Of a stretch of DNA of 64,000 nucleotides, positions 1-8,779 are shown piece by piece. Under the pieces are notes generated by a model. That model searched no databases. It was not told the origin of the DNA and saw only the letters and a list, made by a program, of their open reading frames with translations. Both the position numbers and the translations under genes were made by a program. Source of the stretch: Spirulina sp. (GTDB lineage: Bacteria; Cyanobacteriota; Cyanobacteriia; Phormidesmidales; Phormidesmidaceae); NCBI GenBank assembly GCA_044070495.1, contig JBIPSI010000009.1, forward strand, positions 1-64,000, given 5' to 3'. Each line of letters starts with the position of its first letter. The first letter of the stretch is position 1.

Positions 1-78
1 CGCGTTGTCGAAATCCGGACAAGCTATCGTAAGTCATAAGCCTTTGCCGAGATTGGTTGTGCTTTCTCAGCTTCGGCT

Positions 79-113
79 AAAAAGCAGCCCGAGCAAGACT
101 CGGGCTGCTTTTT
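79..113. terminator. Bidirectional intrinsic terminator
   Basis: AAAAAGCAGCCCGAG-caaga-CTCGGGCTGCTTTTT: perfect stem with an A-tract before and a T-tract after. Confidence 0.8.
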
Positions 114-138
114 CCTTTGGCCTTAGTCTAAACTCCAG

Positions 139-280
139 TTATTAAGGGGGGATGGGGGGATCTTCACGGTGCACCTCATTCAAGTGAAATTCGCTATAAG
201 TTTGACGCTGTACCCCCCTTATTAAGGGGGGCAGGGGGGATCATCACAATGCACTTCACTCAAGTGACATTCGCTATAAG
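139..280. repeat. Two tandem ~62-bp units (80-bp period), likely truncated MITE-like ends
   Basis: 139-200 and 219-280 both read TTATTAAGGGGGG..GGGGGGATC..TGCACYTCAYTCAAGTGAMATTCGCTATAAG. Confidence 0.75.
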
Positions 281-344
281 ATCCCAGGGTTCTCCTATCC
301 CTCGATCCACTGGATCGTTCGCGGGATTCAGAACCCTGGGATCT
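279..344. repeat. Inverted-repeat doublet (REP/REPIN-like)
   Basis: AGATCCCAGGGTTCT-N36-AGAACCCTGGGATCT; identical arms at 59550-59614. Confidence 0.8.
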
Positions 345-359
345 GGTTTTCCTAGGATG

Positions 360-2300
360 TTATTCAGCCGTCTGTTGCAGGTACAGTGCCAAGGCATCAG
401 CCGCGACCTGCCCCATGGATCGGCCTTCCTTCTCCGCCGTAGCTTGCAGGGTGAGGAAAAAGTCGTGGGACACGCTGAGGCGATGGCGACCTTCCTTGGT
501 GTGGCTGGGGGTATAGCGCAGGGGGTCGTAGGTTTCGGCAAACTGGCGCAGGGCTTCAAACCCCACCCGGTCGCAGAAATCCCCAAAGCTTTCGCCCTTT
601 TTGCGGCCATCCCGGAAGAACACAAACAGCGGCTCTAGGGTGGTTTCTAGGTCGCCATCATAGAGGCGTTCCATGTAGGGACGAGCTAACCGAGTTTGGT
701 CGGGAGAACCGCCCAGCCACAGTTGGTAGGATTCTGGCGCACTACCCACAAAGCCCAGTTCCGCCATGTAGGGACGGGCGCAGCCGTTGGGGCATCCGGT
801 CATCCGCACCACAAAATGCTCGTCGGGCAGACCCAGTTTGGTCAGCAGGGAGCGAACTCGGCCCAGGATGGTGGGCATGATCCGCTCGGATTCGGTAATC
901 GCCAAGCCGCAGAGGGGCAGGGCAGGGCAGGCCATGGCGTAGCGCACCAGGGGATCTAGGTCGGTTTCTTTTTGAATGCCGCAGCGGGTGAGGATCCCTT
1001 GCACCGCCTCCTTGTCTTCGGGCTTGATGTCGTAGAACAGAACACTTTGGTTGGGCGTTACCAGCATGGGCAGGTTGAACCGCTGCACAATTTCCCGCAG
1101 GGCGGTTTTGAGTTGCAAGCCCTCGCGATCCAGAATTCGGCCATTTTCAATGGGTACCCCCACAAACCAGTTGCCGTCGCCCTGTTCGTACCAGCCCAGG
1201 TAATCGTAGAACGTCCACTTGGGAAGCTTTTTGAAGGGCTTGAGGGGCTTGCCCAGGTAGGTTTCCACCTGCTGCCGGAAGCGCTCCACCCCCCAGTCGT
1301 GGATCAGGTACTTCATGCGGGAATGGCGACGGTTGACGCGGTCGCCGTAGTCTCGCTGGGTAGCGACGATGGCCTTCATCAGGTCGAACACATCGTCCTT
1401 ATCCACATAGCCAATTTCATCGGCCACGCGGGCAAAGGTTTCTTCCTTATTATGGGTGCGGCCCAGGCCACCTCCGGCCAGCACATTAAAGCCCTTTAGC
1501 TTACCCGCCTTGTCGGTAATCACCACCAGGGTGACATCGTGGGTGTAGGCATCGATGGAATTGTCCCCCGGCACCGTGACGGCGCACTTGAACTTGCGGG
1601 GCATGTAGTGGGTGCCGTAGATCGGCTCCGGGCTATCGGGAAACAGGGTGTTGTTGACGTTGCGCTGCCGAGCCTCCACCACTTCAGGATGCTCCTCGGA
1701 GGTGAGGAACTTCTCCCCATCCAGCCAAATTTCGTAGTAGGCCTCGGTTTGGGGCCGCAGCAGGTCGGCAATGTGGTTGGCGTAGTCGCGGGCGATCTGG
1801 TACTCAGGCCGATTTTTGAACGGGGCTGGAGGGGCCATCACATTCCGGTTCAAATCGCCGCAGGCCCCCAGGGTAGACCCCAAATTTTTCACAATCGCCG
1901 CAATGGTGGCCTTCAGGTTCTGCTTCAGCACCCCGTGAAGCTGAATGCCCTGGCGTGTGGTGGCCCGCAGGGTGTGGTTCCCGTATTCGTCCGACAGCTT
2001 ATCCAGAGCCAGATACAGCTCCGGCGCAATGAAGCCCCCCGGATTGCGGGTGCGCAGCATCATCTGATAGTCCTTCTCCTGGCCCTTGGTGCGGTTATCC
2101 CGGTTGTCCTGCTGGTAAGAGCCGTGGAACTTGAGGATTTGGATCGCCGCTTCCGAGAAGAAATTGCTATCCGTCAACAACTCGCTGGCCAAGGGCTCGC
2201 GCAGAAAGTTGCTGTTTTCCTTAATATCTTCAACCTTAGAACGCTTGGCCGAAGCAGGATTAGGGCCGGATTGAGCGGGCTTGAGAGGAGTCTGAACCAT
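360..2300 (-). CDS. sir: Ferredoxin-dependent sulfite reductase
   Basis: [23 protein letters not shown], and siroheme/4Fe-4S Cys motifs CPALPLC and TGCPNGC; start taken at ATG 2300 (MVQTP). Confidence 0.95.
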   Translation of the reverse strand: MVQTPLKPAQSGPNPASAKRSKVEDIKENSNFLREPLASELLTDSNFFSEAAIQILKFHGSYQQDNRDNRTKGQEKDYQMMLRTRNPGGFIAPELYLALDKLSDEYGNHTLRATTRQGIQLHGVLKQNLKATIAAIVKNLGSTLGACGDLNRNVMAPPAPFKNRPEYQIARDYANHIADLLRPQTEAYYEIWLDGEKFLTSEEHPEVVEARQRNVNNTLFPDSPEPIYGTHYMPRKFKCAVTVPGDNSIDAYTHDVTLVVITDKAGKLKGFNVLAGGGLGRTHNKEETFARVADEIGYVDKDDVFDLMKAIVATQRDYGDRVNRRHSRMKYLIHDWGVERFRQQVETYLGKPLKPFKKLPKWTFYDYLGWYEQGDGNWFVGVPIENGRILDREGLQLKTALREIVQRFNLPMLVTPNQSVLFYDIKPEDKEAVQGILTRCGIQKETDLDPLVRYAMACPALPLCGLAITESERIMPTILGRVRSLLTKLGLPDEHFVVRMTGCPNGCARPYMAELGFVGSAPESYQLWLGGSPDQTRLARPYMERLYDGDLETTLEPLFVFFRDGRKKGESFGDFCDRVGFEALRQFAETYDPLRYTPSHTKEGRHRLSVSHDFFLTLQATAEKEGRSMGQVAADALALYLQQTAE

Positions 2301-2392
2301 GGCAGCAGAAAGAAGTAAACCGTGATGAGCAGGGCCTTGGAGCCGAGGAAGATAACCCAAAGCCACCTAACCCTAGGGGGAATCAAAGCTTC

Positions 2393-2417
2393 ATACCCCG
2401 GTAAGTCGGTCGGGTTT
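2393..2417. promoter_or_regulatory. Candidate Rrf2-family (IscR/CymR-like) operator upstream of sir
   Basis: Minus strand AAACCCGACCGACTTACCGGGGTAT: a 25-bp imperfect dyad resembling the IscR type-I box, ~95 bp before the sir start. Confidence 0.35.
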
Positions 2418-2715
2418 TGGGTGAATCTTTCTGTATCGTACCACTGGATCCAACCGATCCGGTACCCAGGCTATAGAAGTTCACGCGGCTTTATGGTGCC
2501 TGTGAACTCATGGGCGGCCACGCCCCAATCCCAGCGGGTATGGTGTTAGACCAATGTGGCCCACGCCCAACTTCGCGCCCACGCCTACCCAGCAGATGCG
2601 CCCCTTCCCAATACCCTCGCGGACTGGGAACAGGCCAAAGACCTCAAAACCGCCGGGAAATACCGCCTGCTCTACGTCGCCATCATCCAGACAATTCGCA
2701 GGGGTAAATCCAGAG

Positions 2716-2775
2716 TGTCCTGAGGAATATCCTGAGGAATATTTCGGAAATGTCCTGAGGAATGTCCTGAGGACA
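2716..2775. repeat. Array of 12-bp-period pseudo-palindromes TRTCCTGAGGAA (4 good units, 1 degenerate)
   Basis: tgtcctgaggaa/tatcctgaggaa/tatttcggaaa/tgtcctgaggaa/tgtcctgaggaca. Confidence 0.9.
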
Positions 2776-2779
2776 TGCT

Positions 2780-2966
2780 AGAATAAGACCAAGGTTGAAG
2801 GGCCCAGGGAGACACCGCCCCCACTGGTGGGTTTAGCTCCCGCTGGCGAACTCCAATGCCAGAGCGGCTGACAGCCCGTCACCCCTCTACAAGAGAGGTG
2901 ATGCCAGTGCTACCACCAACATCACCCAAGGAAAAAGAAACAAACAAGTTGTCGTGATCATTTAGA
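2780..2966 (-). ncRNA. ssrS: 6S RNA (cyanobacterial SsaA/SsrS); ends approximate
   Basis: ~187-nt non-coding gap. The minus strand has GGGUGAUGUUGGUGG pairing with CCACCAGUGG..GCGGUGUCUCCC, plus UGGCAUUGGAGUUCGCCAGCGGG as recalled for cyanobacterial 6S RNAs. Helices close with G-U pairs only on the minus strand. Confidence 0.7.
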
Positions 2967-2990
2967 CCAGCGGTTGCAGTGCTGGTCTTT

Positions 2991-3560
2991 TCATTTTAAA
3001 CGCTTGGTGACCTTCCAGGCAATCTCCCCATTTTTGCGGTAGCCCGAGCGGCTGAAAATAAAACCCGCCTCAAAGAAGCGATCACCGTAACGCGCTATCT
3101 CCTGGGGCGACAGATCGATCAGATCAGCTAACTCTTGGGTGCTCAACAACCAGCCGTTACGGGCAGCGTTTTCTAATGTCTCAAAGTATCGGAGTGGGTC
3201 AGGCTGGTTAAACCCAATGCGCCCCACCACCTCAGACACAATGGCGCTGATTAATCCGCCAAAGTCATTGACCATGGGGGCCAGGTCAGAGCCGCTATCG
3301 TTTTGCCCACTGTCGCCAAAGCCCGGTTTCTGGCGCAGTCCCCGAGCCTCGATGAACTCTGGCGCACTGCCACCCTGGTTGATGAAGTTGTGCAGATCGT
3401 CCATCAGACGTAACTGCTGGTCATTGATAAAGGCTTTCTGCCCAATGCGTTCCGGGGTGATGCCCAATTGCTCCATGCGTTTGTACACCGCACTGCGCGC
3501 CAAGGCGTAGCGGCCCTGCAATTGGCCCACTGGAAAGCGATCAATCTCCCCTAGGTTCAT
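2991..3560 (-). CDS. Uncharacterised protein with two predicted HTH/winged-helix domains
   Basis: N-terminal VGQLQGRYALARSAVYKRMEQLGI (MerR/Xis-like HTH) and C-terminal LSTQELADLIDLSPQEI..AWKV. ATG 3560 preferred because the longer ORF runs through the repeat array. Confidence 0.7.
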   Translation of the reverse strand: MNLGEIDRFPVGQLQGRYALARSAVYKRMEQLGITPERIGQKAFINDQQLRLMDDLHNFINQGGSAPEFIEARGLRQKPGFGDSGQNDSGSDLAPMVNDFGGLISAIVSEVVGRIGFNQPDPLRYFETLENAARNGWLLSTQELADLIDLSPQEIARYGDRFFEAGFIFSRSGYRKNGEIAWKVTKRLK

Positions 3561-3563
3561 CAC

Positions 3564-3637
3564 TATCCTCTGGACAGTCCTCAGGATACTTCCTTCAGTA
3601 TTACCTACGGACTCGTCCTCTGGATAGTCCTCAGGAT
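3564..3637. repeat. Second array of the TCCTCWGGA motif, directly upstream of the HTH gene
   Basis: tatcctctggac-agtcctcaggat ... cgtcctctggat-agtcctcaggat; reverse orientation of the 2716-2775 motif. Confidence 0.85.
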
Positions 3638-3731
3638 AATTTTTGGCGTACTGACCATCGACGATTGCGCGCACTGACAAACAAGTCCCTCATCTGGAAT
3701 TTGAGCAGCACCTACGCTAGAACGCTGGTAC

Positions 3732-3799
3732 AGAAACCCAGTTTCTCAGCTCAAAGGTAGATGATCTCGTTAGAACAGCGATACAGAAACCGGGTTTCT
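3732..3799. repeat. Palindrome doublet AGAAACCCAGTTTCT-N38-AGAAACCGGGTTTCT (cyanobacterial REP-like)
   Basis: Two 15-bp near-palindromes at 3732-3746 and 3785-3799. Confidence 0.7.
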
Positions 3800-3889
3800 G
3801 ATCACCCCAGCCCAACGGTCGGCCCCCTAGGATGAACTGGGCCTGGTTTTCGCTATGGTAAAAGCAGCCCAGTAATTGAGGCTTCCGTG

Positions 3890-4459
3890 ATGACTCCTGC
3901 AACGAACCGCGTTCGATGGACAACGGCAGATCTGGCCCTGTTCCCCGACGATGACAGGCGCTACGAGATTATTGATGGAGAACTCATCGTGACCAGAGCA
4001 CCCAGATGGAGTCATCAGGAAGTGACTGGCCGAATCTTTGCGGCCCTCGATAACTGGTGCCAAGATACTGGGCTGGGGCGAACGGCCATTAACCCCGGCA
4101 TTATTTTCACCGATGAAGACAATGTGATTCCCGATGTGGTGTGGGCCAGCAACGAACGATTAGATACGCTGATGGATGAGGCAGAGCACCTCACCGGAGC
4201 GCCAGAGCTGGTGGTGGAAGTGCTATCCCTCGGCAAGAAAGATGAGCAGCGAGATCGCCAACTCAAACTCAAGCTGTATTCTCAGCAGGGGGTGCAGGAA
4301 TATTGGATTGTGGACAACACCCTCGGAGAAGTGCAGGTTTATCGTCGCGATCAGGCGGTGCTGACCCTGGCCATGACCCTACAATCGACCGATAGCCTCA
4401 CCTCGCCGCTGTTGCCGGATTTTTCCTGTCCCCTCAGCCGGATTTTTGTGAAGCGTTAG
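3890..4459 (+). CDS. Uma2 (DUF820) family PD-(D/E)XK endonuclease
   Basis: RYEIIDGEL, PDVVW, APELVVEVLS, KLKLYSQQGVQEYWIVD. Confidence 0.92.
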   Translation: MTPATNRVRWTTADLALFPDDDRRYEIIDGELIVTRAPRWSHQEVTGRIFAALDNWCQDTGLGRTAINPGIIFTDEDNVIPDVVWASNERLDTLMDEAEHLTGAPELVVEVLSLGKKDEQRDRQLKLKLYSQQGVQEYWIVDNTLGEVQVYRRDQAVLTLAMTLQSTDSLTSPLLPDFSCPLSRIFVKR

Positions 4460-4508
4460 TGGGCTGTGAGTCCATCTCCTTACCTACCCTAGGAGGGCTG
4501 AAATTCCT

Positions 4509-4877
4509 GTGAAACCCATAAGCCCGGAGGAAATGGCGGTGTTCAGACACCATCTGGCCCTACGCCAGCAAGCGGATCAACAGCGCCTTGCTCAACGGTT
4601 TGAGGCGGCGATGCAGGTGGTTCAAGCGGCCAATACCCTACTCAAGCAAGACTTTCAGGCCCAGGAGGTGATTCTGTTTGGGTCGCTGCTGCATCGGGAG
4701 CGGTTTCACCTGTCCTCGGATATTGACCTAGCGGTGCGTGGACTGGATCCGCTGGAGTACTTTACCGCTGTGGCCAAACTGCAAGATCTTTCCCCCTTCA
4801 AAATTGATTTGGTGCGGCTAGAGCGGTGCAAACCTAGTTTGGCGACTGTGATTGCGACGGAGGGAAAACCGCTATGA
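4509..4877 (+). CDS. Minimal nucleotidyltransferase (MntA-like antitoxin)
   Basis: LFGS-x10-DIDLAV motif; overlaps the downstream HEPN gene. Confidence 0.88.
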   Translation: MKPISPEEMAVFRHHLALRQQADQQRLAQRFEAAMQVVQAANTLLKQDFQAQEVILFGSLLHRERFHLSSDIDLAVRGLDPLEYFTAVAKLQDLSPFKIDLVRLERCKPSLATVIATEGKPL

Positions 4878-5365
4878 ATGGAGCCTATTTAGCAACAGCA
4901 GGCCGCATTCGACAAGAACTGACTGAACTGGATCAGGTTGTGGCACGGATTGAAAACATTTGGACTCGTCGCCGTCAGGAGCCTTTACCCGCCGAGCAAG
5001 ATTATTGGGTCGATGCCGTAGCGCTGAATTTGCACAGCTACTATGCCGGGGTCGAGCGCATCCTGGAACTGATTGCCGATGCGGTCGATCAGGCCAAGCC
5101 CAGTGGGGCGATGTGGCACCGAGACCTGCTGCAACAAATGACCGCCGATCTCTCCGGCATTCGTCCTGCGGTCTTGACTATCGCTACCCGCAACGCCCTA
5201 GATCGCTACCGAGGTTTTCGCCATGTGTTGCGAAATATCTACACCTTCAGTCTGGATGCTGAGCAGATTGAGCTGTTGGTGGTGCATTTACCCACCGTCT
5301 ATCTACAGGTCAAGGCTGAGCTAGAAGAGTGTGCGCGGTTTCTGGAACAATCGGCTCAGGGCTGA
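4874..5365 (+). CDS. HEPN-domain (HepT-like) toxin
   Basis: LHSYYAGVERILELIA..WHRDLL..YRGFRHVLRNIY; ATGA overlap with the MNT gene. Confidence 0.82.
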   Translation: MNGAYLATAGRIRQELTELDQVVARIENIWTRRRQEPLPAEQDYWVDAVALNLHSYYAGVERILELIADAVDQAKPSGAMWHRDLLQQMTADLSGIRPAVLTIATRNALDRYRGFRHVLRNIYTFSLDAEQIELLVVHLPTVYLQVKAELEECARFLEQSAQG

Positions 5366-5494
5366 GTGCTGTGGGCGCGGTTCTCTATGAGTCAGGAAGT
5401 TGCCACGGTGGCCCGGTCAACATAGGGGCCGTTAGTGGCAACGAGTTGGATGGCCGCAGAATAGATTAACCCAACACTTGCCAGCGGGGGCGGG

Positions 5495-6487
5495 CTATTC
5501 TGAATGGCCCTCAATGCCATGGACGCGCAGCAGATCGCCTAGGGTGGCGCAGTAGGGATCCATGCCAAAGCTAGCGGGGTTTACGGCCCCTTGGTAGACA
5601 AAGTGGCGGTATTGCAGACAGAAGTAATCCCAGGGGGCCATTTGCACGCGAAAAATACGAATCAGCAGGTTGGCCAAGCTGAGGGAAAGGGGCACCCGAA
5701 ACCAAATGCGTTGGCCAAAGTAGTCGCTAATTTGCTCGATGGCCTGATTTACAGAAAGAGGAGGATTGCCAATCACAAATTCTCGGTAGCCCGTCTGGGA
5801 CGGGTTTTCTAGCAGGTGGTTGATCACCGTCGCGATGTCTTGGGCGTGGGCAAAGTGAAACCCGGCATCGGCCTGGAGGAACCGCGCCAGCCCTGCCCAG
5901 CGGGTGACATCCTGTAAGCCAGCAGAAATAAACGAGTAGGGTTTATCTTTATCGCCACCAAAGACAAGGGTGGGGAACACCGTTGTGATTTTAGGGTAGA
6001 TGGCCAGTTCCGGTAGGCGCTGGTGGCATTCGTACTTACTGCGGATGTAGTCGGTGCCGATGGTGCCCGCCTCCGGGAGGGGCTGGCGATCTTGGGCCAA
6101 AATGCTGGCGGTAGAAAAGTAGATCACCTGCTGGCAGCGGTCTGGATCGAGCCGCGACATCAGACGCAAATTGTGATGGACGTTGGTGCCAAACACATAG
6201 TCAGGGTCGCCCCCCCAGGCCGCAGCGGTGAGGATGGCGATCTCAATGGTGGGCAGCAGGTCGGCGTACTGATCAATATCTGCCAGGCCACCCCGGAGGA
6301 TATGTACCCTAGGATGATCGGCCACGGGCAGGCGCAGCTTTTCGGGATGCCGCAGCAGCAGGTAAATGTCGTAGCGTTCTACCTGCAACAGCAGTTCGAG
6401 AATGTAGTGGCCAATGCAGCCGCTGGCCCCGGTCATCAAGACCCGTACGGAACCTGGGGGAGTGGAAGTTGACGCTGAAGTGTCCAA
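5495..6487 (-). CDS. NAD(P)-dependent epimerase/dehydratase family protein
   Basis: TGASGCIG Rossmann motif, YIRSK catalytic motif; start uncertain. Confidence 0.88.
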   Translation of the reverse strand: MDTSASTSTPPGSVRVLMTGASGCIGHYILELLLQVERYDIYLLLRHPEKLRLPVADHPRVHILRGGLADIDQYADLLPTIEIAILTAAAWGGDPDYVFGTNVHHNLRLMSRLDPDRCQQVIYFSTASILAQDRQPLPEAGTIGTDYIRSKYECHQRLPELAIYPKITTVFPTLVFGGDKDKPYSFISAGLQDVTRWAGLARFLQADAGFHFAHAQDIATVINHLLENPSQTGYREFVIGNPPLSVNQAIEQISDYFGQRIWFRVPLSLSLANLLIRIFRVQMAPWDYFCLQYRHFVYQGAVNPASFGMDPYCATLGDLLRVHGIEGHSE

Positions 6488-6797
6488 ATTGCTCTAGCCA
6501 ATCCTTATAAATCAACTCAATGGGCGCAAGGCCGCCCTTTCTATTCTCCCCTGCAAGGGGATGGAATCCAAGTCTAGGGAGTCGCACCACCGACACAAAC
6601 CGATTGAACAAATCCGCAATCCGTGAAATCTCGGTAAAGCTCATCGATTTCTCCGGTTGTTTGCGTAGGTTTTCGTAGAAGGTAGTGTCACAGGACGGGC
6701 CAGCCAGACCAAAGCCTGTGGCGACCGTCAGCGTGCCACCTCCCCCACGGGGGAAGCTCCATGGAGAGATTTTGGGCTGTTGTCATCGGGTTAATCT

Positions 6798-7322
6798 ATG
6801 TTTTTCCATCGTTGTGATCGATTAGGCCAAGGGCGACGACCTAGGGCTAGCGGCTTAGGGGCTACGGCCTCAGGGTTCACGCTGATTGAGCTGTTGGTCG
6901 TCATCGTGATTCTAGGGGTTCTAGCTAGTTTAGCGCTGCCTGCCTTCATGAATCAGGCGGCTCGCGCCAGGCAAACCAAGGCTCTCAACGCCGTGGGCGC
7001 GATGAACCGTGCCCAGCATAGCTTTTTTTACGAACATGCCAAATTTGCCAGTTCCATTGCCGAACTAGGTTTCGATCACCTGAACACCGAGGGCACCTAC
7101 TTGTACCAAGTGCGCGGCGGCAGCAAGGCCTCAACGATTGTGGCCGCCCCCACCGACCCCACCCTACGCGGCTATGCCGGACTGGCCTATCTCAACCGCG
7201 ACAACCAGGGCAATGCCATTTTGTCCTCCCTACTCTGTCAGGGCAGCCAAGGTAATGCCCCTGCCCCGGTATTAGTGAGCAACGGCAGCCAGGTCACCAC
7301 CAATGATTGTGATGCCATGTAG
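6798..7322 (+). CDS. Type IV pilin-like protein (PilA family)
   Basis: Prepilin cleavage/methylation site G|FTLIELLVVIVILGVL; C-terminal Cys pair. Confidence 0.9.
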   Translation: MFFHRCDRLGQGRRPRASGLGATASGFTLIELLVVIVILGVLASLALPAFMNQAARARQTKALNAVGAMNRAQHSFFYEHAKFASSIAELGFDHLNTEGTYLYQVRGGSKASTIVAAPTDPTLRGYAGLAYLNRDNQGNAILSSLLCQGSQGNAPAPVLVSNGSQVTTNDCDAM

Positions 7323-7334
7323 CCAACCAGGTCG

Positions 7335-8426
7335 CTAAATCCAGTCTTCGTCCTCATCGTCCCAGTTGCTAGCCTCTAGGCCGTCCTGAGATGGGCGGGT
7401 GGATGGGGCTGGCCCTGATGTGGATGGGGTATTGGTTTCCGACCTGGCTTCAGAAGCTGTTGCGGGGGCTGGGGGCTGGGGCGGTTCAGCGGAGGTAGCG
7501 TCTGAGGGGGCTGGGGATCCTGCGGGTGGATCGGCAGGGGAGATTGGCCCTGGGGAAGGCTGAGCGGCCTTGGACTGCGACGCAGCGGAGTCTGGGGTGG
7601 AGGATGCTGGGGACGGCGAGCGTTTGGCCAGGGATGAGGGCCGAGGCGGAATCTCGATCACAGGCTTTTTGGGTTTGGGGGTTGTTTTAGAGCGCACCAC
7701 CTCCTGCCCCCAAGTCACCAACCCCTGGACTCGTTGGCCCCAGGTGATTCCCTTGGCCCTAGGCGGCGGAGACAGAGCCACCCCTGGACGATTCTCCGCA
7801 GAGGGCGCTGCCGCAGATTGCGTCACAGCGGTCTGAAGCGATGGGGCTTGATTGCTTGGGGCTTGGGCCGCACGGGCTGGGGTGGTTCGGGTTGGCAGAG
7901 GAGAGGCCTGAGGCTCAGCCATGGCAGATCCAGGACGCCTAGGGGAACTTGTGGTTTCTGGTGGCTCAACGGAATCGACAAACTCGTAGCCCACATCCTT
8001 CAGGGCCGAAACCCGAATCCCTGGCCCCTGGGTGGGGGCTGAGACCGGATCGGGCAACCATCGGCGCAGGGGCGTTTGGCGCAGAGCCTCCAGGGCTAGG
8101 TCGGCCATTTCGCGGCGAAAGGTGGGCCAGGAATCGGCGGTGTAGGGGGTTTGCTGAGCTAGGGGGGTGCGCTTGCGGCGCAGGGTCAGGGTTTGCCAGC
8201 CCAGCCAACCCATGAGGCTAATGCTGGCCAGGTGCCCCACCAGTTCCGTTGGCGTGATCTGATCGGCATTGAACCACAGCACCAGGGCATAGAAACAGCC
8301 CACCCCGCTCCAAAAAAAGTCGTGGCGGCGGTGGACCTCTGGAAAGAAAAAGGCCGCCAGGTAAAGGGTGACGCTGCCCAGCCCCACGATGCCAGCCAAT
8401 ACCCCGGACAATAGTTGTGCCGCCAT
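7335..8426 (-). CDS. ycf66: Ycf66 family membrane protein with a Pro/Ser-rich tail
   Basis: LYLAAFFFPEVHRRHDFFWSGVGCFYALVLW is the typical Ycf66_N signature. Confidence 0.8.
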   Translation of the reverse strand: MAAQLLSGVLAGIVGLGSVTLYLAAFFFPEVHRRHDFFWSGVGCFYALVLWFNADQITPTELVGHLASISLMGWLGWQTLTLRRKRTPLAQQTPYTADSWPTFRREMADLALEALRQTPLRRWLPDPVSAPTQGPGIRVSALKDVGYEFVDSVEPPETTSSPRRPGSAMAEPQASPLPTRTTPARAAQAPSNQAPSLQTAVTQSAAAPSAENRPGVALSPPPRAKGITWGQRVQGLVTWGQEVVRSKTTPKPKKPVIEIPPRPSSLAKRSPSPASSTPDSAASQSKAAQPSPGPISPADPPAGSPAPSDATSAEPPQPPAPATASEARSETNTPSTSGPAPSTRPSQDGLEASNWDDEDEDWI

Positions 8427-8634
8427 GTCCCGAACCCGTTGTCCATCATGTCCACCCCACTCTATCGCAGCTCTGGCGCAGGTCTGGCGATGGCCTGATA
8501 CGAAATCCTGATGGATTTCCCCCTCTTGTGAAGGTGGGCAAAGATTCCGGTGGACGAAGATTTAGGTATTCACCGTGGTCGCCTCCTAGCATCGGTGGCC
8601 CTGACCAAGCAAAATCCAGGATAGAACGCCCACT

Positions 8635-8745
8635 TGTCACCTACTCCCCATTATCCAACTTGGCCAAATTCTCGCGGCAACGCACTGTCCAGGGGTGGTC
8701 GGCCCCTAGCTTGGGTTCGAGGATGGCCAGAGCTTGGTGGTAAAG
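8635..8745 (-). repeat. Orphan copy C of the 3' end of the NB-ARC/TPR gene
   Basis: 8657-8745 matches 10163-10251 at 86/89 nt; encodes YHQALAILEPKLGADHPWTVRCRENLAKLDNGE*. Confidence 0.93.
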
Positions 8746-8779
8746 CAAAGGTAAGGGGCGATACGTTGCTGAGTTCCCA

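Noticed and set aside
1..39. Possible 3' end of a CDS (RVVEIRTSYRKS*) before the terminator
   Set aside because: Too short to fix the frame or identity
139..280. Repeat-spacer-repeat as a mini CRISPR array
   Set aside because: Only two ~62-bp units with an 18-bp gap, built from the dispersed hairpin element; no cas genes
1539..2318. 259-aa plus-strand ORF and other ORFs overlapping sir
   Set aside because: Antisense shadows of a well-supported gene in GC-rich DNA
3561..3680. N-terminal extension of the HTH ORF (YPEDYPED)
   Set aside because: It is the translation of the repeat array; ATG 3560 is the more plausible start
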